A DNA stretch of 64,000 nt. Origin: an uncultured Bacilli bacterium (GTDB lineage Bacteria; Bacillota_I; Bacilli_A; RF39; UBA660). Under the pieces are notes generated by a model. The model saw only the letters and a list, made by a program, of their open reading frames with translations, was not told the origin of the DNA and searched no databases. How positions within the stretch are numbered: position 1 is the stretch's first letter; each line of letters starts with the position of its first letter. The position numbers and the translations under genes were made by a program. The stretch lies in assembly GCA_947632065.1 (NCBI GenBank), contig CANRNO010000001.1:5803-69802 (forward strand), given 5' to 3'. This document shows, in pieces, positions 59,190 through 64,000 of the stretch.

Positions 59190-61799
59190 TTATACACCTC
59201 CAATAATATCTTTTTTTCTAAGAAATAGTTTTCTAATAAAGTCAACAGGTATTACAGTAATAGAGACTAATATCATAAATTGTAACTCTTTAAAAGTAAG
59301 ACCAATAGTTCTAAATAAACTACCACCATAATAAATAAGTAAAAGTTGTACTACAACTATAAATATTGTAATAGATAAAAACACTTTATTTTTAAATATA
59401 TTAGAAAAAATATTTAATCTATTAGTTCTAGCATTAAAACTATTAAAAATATTCATAAATATAAATAGTCCAAAGAATGCAGACATTAGATATCTACTAT
59501 CATTTCTATATATATCTTGAATAAAAGGAAGTTTTAAAAATAATATACAAAGAAGAGCAGAGTATATTCCAGTAAATAATATTTCTCCAATCATATAAGA
59601 ATTTATTATATGTTCATCTTTCTTCTTAGGAGCCTCTTCCATGTATTCAACTAAAGCAGGTTCAAAAGAAAAAGCCAGTCCAGTTAAAGTATCCATAACC
59701 ATATTAATCCATAACATCTGTATTACAGTAACAGGAGTATCAATTCCTATAAAAGGTCCAATAATAGATAAACTTATTGCACATAAATTAATAGTTAACT
59801 GACAAATGATGAATTTCCTAATACTTTTAAATATAGTTCTTCCATAAAGTATAGCCTTAGAAATAGATAAGAAATTATCATCAAGTATTACGATATCACT
59901 AGCAGCTTTACTAACTTCAGTACCACTTCCCATCGCAAATCCTACATCAGCATTTTTTAAAGAAGGAGCATCATTAACACCATCTCCAGTCATTCCAACA
60001 ATCAAGTCACAACTTCTCGCAATCTTTATCAGTCTTGTTTTATCACTAGGAAGACTTCTCGCAACTATTTTAAGTCTAGGAAGTATATTTATAACTTCTT
60101 CATCAGACATAGAATTTAATTCACTAGAAGTTATTAAAACATCATCTTTACTTTCTATTAAACCAACCTCATATCCAATAGATCTTGCAGTATCAATATT
60201 ATCACCAGTAAGCATTACAGTTTGAATTCCAGCACTTCTAACAAGCCTAAGACCTTCTTTAGCCTCATCCCTCAAATCATCTTTAATAGATACAATTCCC
60301 ACTAATGTTAAATCTTTAAAATCAGTAGAGTAGGACTCTGTTAAAAGTAAAACTCTACTACCATTACTAGAGACTTTTTTAATATAATTATTTATTTTCT
60401 CCTTATTGCTTAAAATTTTCTTATTTCCAACTTCATCATAATAAAAACTACAAAGAGGAAGTAATACTTCACTAGCACCTTTAACAAGATTAATAACTCT
60501 TTCATCATCTTTTATTAAAACAGTAGAATATTTATTTTTACTATCAAAAGGAGTAGAAGAGATTACTTTCAAATTTTTATTATTCATATTAGAAAATTTA
60601 AGAAGTGCTCTATCAGTTATATTTCCACCAACAATTTTTCCATTATCAAAAACACTTTCATTATTATATACAATAGATCTATTAACTATATTTTTATATT
60701 TAGGATAAAAATTCATATCATCCATATTTCTAAATTTTTTAAAATTACCACAAGTAATTTCTGAAACTTCTAATTTTCCTTTTGTAAGAGTACCAGTCTT
60801 ATCAGTAAATAAAATATTAATATTCCCAGCAGTCTCAATACCAACTAATTTCCTAACTAATACTTTATCTTTCAGCATTCTTCTCATGTTAGAAGATAAT
60901 ACTAAAGTAATCATCATAGGAAGTCCTTCAGGTACCGCAACTACAATAATAGTAACACATAAAGTTAGAGCATAAAGAATATAACCCATCATTAAATGAA
61001 AATTACTTAAAACACTTATTATTTTATCTAAAACAAAACCATTATCTATAACTATTTCAGAAAATAAATAAGAAAACGAAACTAAAAAGGCCCCAATATA
61101 TCCAAATCTACTTATAATGATTGCTAAATCTCTAAGTCTAGATTTTAAAGGACTAAGAGGAGGTTTCTCTTGTAGTTCCATATTCATTCTTCCATAAACT
61201 GTATTATTCCCAACTTCTAATACCTTAACTTTACATTTCTTAGAATAAACAGTTGTTCCTCTATAAACTTTATTTTTATCTAGTATATTATTTATATTTT
61301 TTACTGGAACTTTTAAAACATCCTTAGCCTCACCATTTAATAAAGACTCATCTACAGTAATTTCTCCTTCAACTAAAACACCATCAGCTGGTATCATATC
61401 ACCTGATGATAATATTAAAATATCTCCTTTAACTATTTTATCAATAGAAATAGTAGTAATCTTTTTATTTCTTAATACTCTACATTTTATTTTAGAAGAC
61501 TCATCTAATAATTTATTAAAAGCTTTTTCACTTCCATATTCTGAAATAGAAGATATAAAAGAAGCAATAAAAATCGCAATAACAATTCCTACAGTTTCAT
61601 ACCAATCAAAATCTTGTATTAAAAATATTGTTTTAATTCCAAGAGCAATTAATAATATTTTAATAATAGGATCTCCTAAAGATTCAATAAAAAGATTAAA
61701 AAAACTATTTTGTCTACTTTTATTAATGGTGTTATCTCCATATTTTTCAAGGCTTTCTTTAACTTCTTTATCTGTAAGTCCTACTGTATATCCTAACAT
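59190..61799 (-). CDS. P-type cation-transporting ATPase (second Ca2+-ATPase-like paralog)
   Basis: DKTGTLTKG, MLTGDNIDTARSIG and GMTGDGVNDAPSLK motifs; 869 aa. Confidence 0.9.
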   Translation of the reverse strand: MLGYTVGLTDKEVKESLEKYGDNTINKSRQNSFFNLFIESLGDPIIKILLIALGIKTIFLIQDFDWYETVGIVIAIFIASFISSISEYGSEKAFNKLLDESSKIKCRVLRNKKITTISIDKIVKGDILILSSGDMIPADGVLVEGEITVDESLLNGEAKDVLKVPVKNINNILDKNKVYRGTTVYSKKCKVKVLEVGNNTVYGRMNMELQEKPPLSPLKSRLRDLAIIISRFGYIGAFLVSFSYLFSEIVIDNGFVLDKIISVLSNFHLMMGYILYALTLCVTIIVVAVPEGLPMMITLVLSSNMRRMLKDKVLVRKLVGIETAGNINILFTDKTGTLTKGKLEVSEITCGNFKKFRNMDDMNFYPKYKNIVNRSIVYNNESVFDNGKIVGGNITDRALLKFSNMNNKNLKVISSTPFDSKNKYSTVLIKDDERVINLVKGASEVLLPLCSFYYDEVGNKKILSNKEKINNYIKKVSSNGSRVLLLTESYSTDFKDLTLVGIVSIKDDLRDEAKEGLRLVRSAGIQTVMLTGDNIDTARSIGYEVGLIESKDDVLITSSELNSMSDEEVINILPRLKIVARSLPSDKTRLIKIARSCDLIVGMTGDGVNDAPSLKNADVGFAMGSGTEVSKAASDIVILDDNFLSISKAILYGRTIFKSIRKFIICQLTINLCAISLSIIGPFIGIDTPVTVIQMLWINMVMDTLTGLAFSFEPALVEYMEEAPKKKDEHIINSYMIGEILFTGIYSALLCILFLKLPFIQDIYRNDSRYLMSAFFGLFIFMNIFNSFNARTNRLNIFSNIFKNKVFLSITIFIVVVQLLLIYYGGSLFRTIGLTFKELQFMILVSITVIPVDFIRKLFLRKKDIIGGV

Positions 61800-61952
61800 A
61801 TAATCACCTAAAAAATAATATGGAATAAATAGAGTATATAGTAAAATTTTAAAACATCAAATTTTTATTTTTTTTGCAATCCTTAAATTTAATAATTTAA
61901 TTTTATATTTTTATGATATAATATCTATATAAGATAAAAAGGAGTAGGAATT

Positions 61953-62483
61953 ATGAAAATATCTTTTGATAAAAAGAAAAATTATTTCAAATGTTTTGAT
62001 GAAGCACGTGGAGTTGCGATGAATAAAAACTATATTTTAAGGACTAAAAAGTTAAACTCATTTAGTTATACTGATTATATGTATTTTATTTTTTGTATCT
62101 TATTATTTGTTAGTATAATTATCATATGTATAAAAAACCCAGATACTAAAATTCTAGGAATATTATTTATTGTACTTGATATTATATTTTTAATTTTAAC
62201 TATAATAAGTACTTACTATATGTATTTTTGTAGAAAGAAAAGTCCTTCACTAGAAGTTATAATTGATAAAGAAGGAATTACTAATTTCTCTTACTATAAT
62301 ATAAAAATGGTATTTAGTTGGGATAAAATAAAAGCAGTCGTAGTAAAGAAAAATTCTATAACAGTCCTAACAGATACACCACTATATTTATATTTTGATA
62401 AATCAAAAGAAAGTAAAGTACTAAAAGAAATAAAGAAATATAAACCTGAAGTTACAATTATTAAAGATAAAAAGAAAAAGTAG
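61953..62483 (+). CDS. Hypothetical membrane protein (2 TM)
   Basis: 176 aa; AAAGGAG RBS. Confidence 0.4.
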   Translation: MKISFDKKKNYFKCFDEARGVAMNKNYILRTKKLNSFSYTDYMYFIFCILLFVSIIIICIKNPDTKILGILFIVLDIIFLILTIISTYYMYFCRKKSPSLEVIIDKEGITNFSYYNIKMVFSWDKIKAVVVKKNSITVLTDTPLYLYFDKSKESKVLKEIKKYKPEVTIIKDKKKK

Positions 62484-62490
62484 AGAGTAT

Positions 62491-63336
62491 CTACTTTTTT
62501 CTTGTTTGTTTTTTTATTAATTTTGCTTGTACGACAATTCTACCACCTTCATTGTTTTGACAAGTTGATAAAGTAAGTATATTATCATTGACACTAACAG
62601 GAGCATATGCTAAAGAAGTATTCCTCTTTTGCATCTCATCAATCCAATTCTTTTTACTCTCAGTTGTATCAAAACTAGTAGTTATATAATAACTTTCACT
62701 TTGTATAGTATAAATTGAAAATATTTGAAATAACATATTTTCCTTTGGAGTAGAAAGCCATATTACATAATTATCTTTATTACTTTGCCAACTCTTAGTA
62801 AGAGTATTTTTAAGTGAACCAAAAACAGTTTTATCAAGTCTACCATGTCCATAAATTACAGTATTATCACTTAAACCTTCAAGATTATTTCTATAATCCA
62901 TAAATACCCATCCAGCAGAGTTCCTACTTTTATCAAAAGCGTGATTAAGATAATACTTATTATCACTAGTTTTAACAACAGGATAATTAATATTTGTATT
63001 TTCCATATGTATGAAAGCAACAGTATCTTTATTTTTCTTTAACAATTCATCAAAATCAACTTCATAAAAAGGAAGACCTACATAATACCAATAATCACTT
63101 TCTTTATTACTATCAGGATTAACAAGTTCTCCATCATCTTTATTTTTCTTAATATCACTGATATCTTTTATATCATCAGTAATATCCTTAATTCTTATAT
63201 TATCTTTATACCATTCCGCTATTTTATAAAAAGAAAAAATTAAAATACATAAAAATATTGTAAGAAGTATCCAAAAAGCTTTAGAACGAAGTCTTTTTTT
63301 CTTAACTATCTTTTTTTTAGTTTCTTCTTTTTCCAT
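62491..63336 (-). CDS. Class B sortase
   Basis: NINYPVVKTSDNKYYLNHAF...GWVFMDYRN plus the catalytic TLSTC motif; start trimmed to MEKEETKKK, which has a GAGGTGG RBS. Confidence 0.7.
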   Translation of the reverse strand: MEKEETKKKIVKKKRLRSKAFWILLTIFLCILIFSFYKIAEWYKDNIRIKDITDDIKDISDIKKNKDDGELVNPDSNKESDYWYYVGLPFYEVDFDELLKKNKDTVAFIHMENTNINYPVVKTSDNKYYLNHAFDKSRNSAGWVFMDYRNNLEGLSDNTVIYGHGRLDKTVFGSLKNTLTKSWQSNKDNYVIWLSTPKENMLFQIFSIYTIQSESYYITTSFDTTESKKNWIDEMQKRNTSLAYAPVSVNDNILTLSTCQNNEGGRIVVQAKLIKKQTRKK

Positions 63337-63435
63337 GAAGACCACCTCACATTCCATATTATAACACATATACATAATAATTAATATATTTAATAAAAGA
63401 CAAAATTCGTGTATAATAAAAAAGGAAGTGATGAT

Positions 63436-63873
63436 ATGGAAAATACAAGACACTTAGGAGTATATGGAGTTATAATTAAAAATGATAAAATACTATTAGT
63501 AAAAAAATCCCGTGGAGCTTATACTTCAAAATATGATCTTCCAGGTGGAAGTATAGAGCACAAAGAACTACCAATAGAAACTTTAAAAAGAGAAATAAAA
63601 GAAGAGACAAATTTAGAAGTAGAAGAAGCTACTATTTTAAATGCTGACTCAGTTGTAGTAAAATGGGAATTTCTAGGTAAAATGCAATGTATGCACCATA
63701 TTGGTATTATCTATGATGTGAAAGTAAAAAGTGGAATTATAAAAACAGATAGTGATGGACTTGATTCATTGGGTGCTAAATACATTCCAATTAAAGAACT
63801 TACAAAAGATGATATAAGTCCACTTACATATAATACTCTAAAATTAAAAGGTTATAGATTAAAAGGAGAATAA
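63436..63873 (+). CDS. NUDIX hydrolase
   Basis: Nudix box LPGGSIEHKELPIETLKREIKEETNLEV; AAAGGAAG RBS. Confidence 0.75.
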   Translation: MENTRHLGVYGVIIKNDKILLVKKSRGAYTSKYDLPGGSIEHKELPIETLKREIKEETNLEVEEATILNADSVVVKWEFLGKMQCMHHIGIIYDVKVKSGIIKTDSDGLDSLGAKYIPIKELTKDDISPLTYNTLKLKGYRLKGE

Positions 63874-63874
63874 A

Positions 63875-64000
63875 ATGAAAGAAATAGAAAAGAAATTCCT
63901 AGTAAAAGATATAGACCTTACAAAATATAAATATATAGATATAACACAAGCTTACTTAAATACAACTAATCCAACTATAAGAGTAAGAAAATATGGTAAT
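63875..64000 (+). CDS. CYTH-domain (triphosphate tunnel metalloenzyme) protein, 5' fragment running off the window
   Basis: MKEIEKKFLVKD...IRVRKYG resembles a CYTH N-terminus (EiEkKFlv...RvR); AAAGGAGAA RBS. Confidence 0.5.
   Translation, partial: MKEIEKKFLVKDIDLTKYKYIDITQAYLNTTNPTIRVRKYGN

Noticed and set aside
1-64000. Alternative genetic code (TGA=Trp, Mollicutes-like), considered because of the extreme AT richness and reduced gene sizes
   Set aside because: Many genes end cleanly at TGA with a sensible C-terminus (lepA stops at a TGA overlapping the hemW ATG), and no conserved protein needs read-through of TGA. The standard code 11 fits.
1-64000. Prophage, IS element or integrative element
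   Set aside because: No integrase, transposase, terminase, capsid, or recombinase-like ORFs, and no terminal inverted repeats were found. The accessory islets lack recognisable mobility genes.

Overview
The window is very AT-rich (by eye about 70% A+T or more), with short intergenic spacers and standard code; TGA is a stop, e.g. lepA ends in TGA overlapping the hemW ATG. It looks like a Firmicutes chromosome, probably from a spore-forming or formerly spore-forming lineage: a gerA-type germinant-receptor operon and CotF-like genes are present. Most of the window is conserved housekeeping backbone: lepA-hemW, rnc, rnj, sepF-divIVA, addBA, rpsO-pnp, smc, obg, rnhB, ruvAB-queA, two P-type ATPases and two tRNAs. 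Five places do not fit the backbone. (1) A solitary MazF/PemK-fold toxin gene (28732-29106) has no protein antitoxin; it is preceded by an operator-bearing promoter, two 37-nt direct repeats and an intrinsic terminator. This is the layout of RNA-antitoxin (type III-like) systems, but with a MazF-family toxin. (2) An islet between pnp and smc (43.8-47.9 kb) carries a prokaryotic viperin-like radical-SAM gene under a consensus promoter with a perfect 28-bp palindromic operator. It is followed by a histidine-phosphatase (PGAM-superfamily) gene rather than the usual nucleotide-kinase partner, and preceded by a degenerate NodB-like gene and two unknown membrane proteins. (3) Two tandem ~317-bp cassettes (10.35-10.97 kb) each encode a 22-aa hydrophobic peptide, with a convergent minus-strand promoter and terminator downstream: a candidate duplicated type I toxin/antisense-RNA locus. 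(4) A HerA/FtsK-like DUF87 ATPase sits immediately upstream of sepF-divIVA, where ftsZ is normally found. (5) A VanY-like M15 carboxypeptidase domain is fused in frame to TruB through an A9 homopolymer tract. No integrase, transposase, CRISPR array or cas gene was found.
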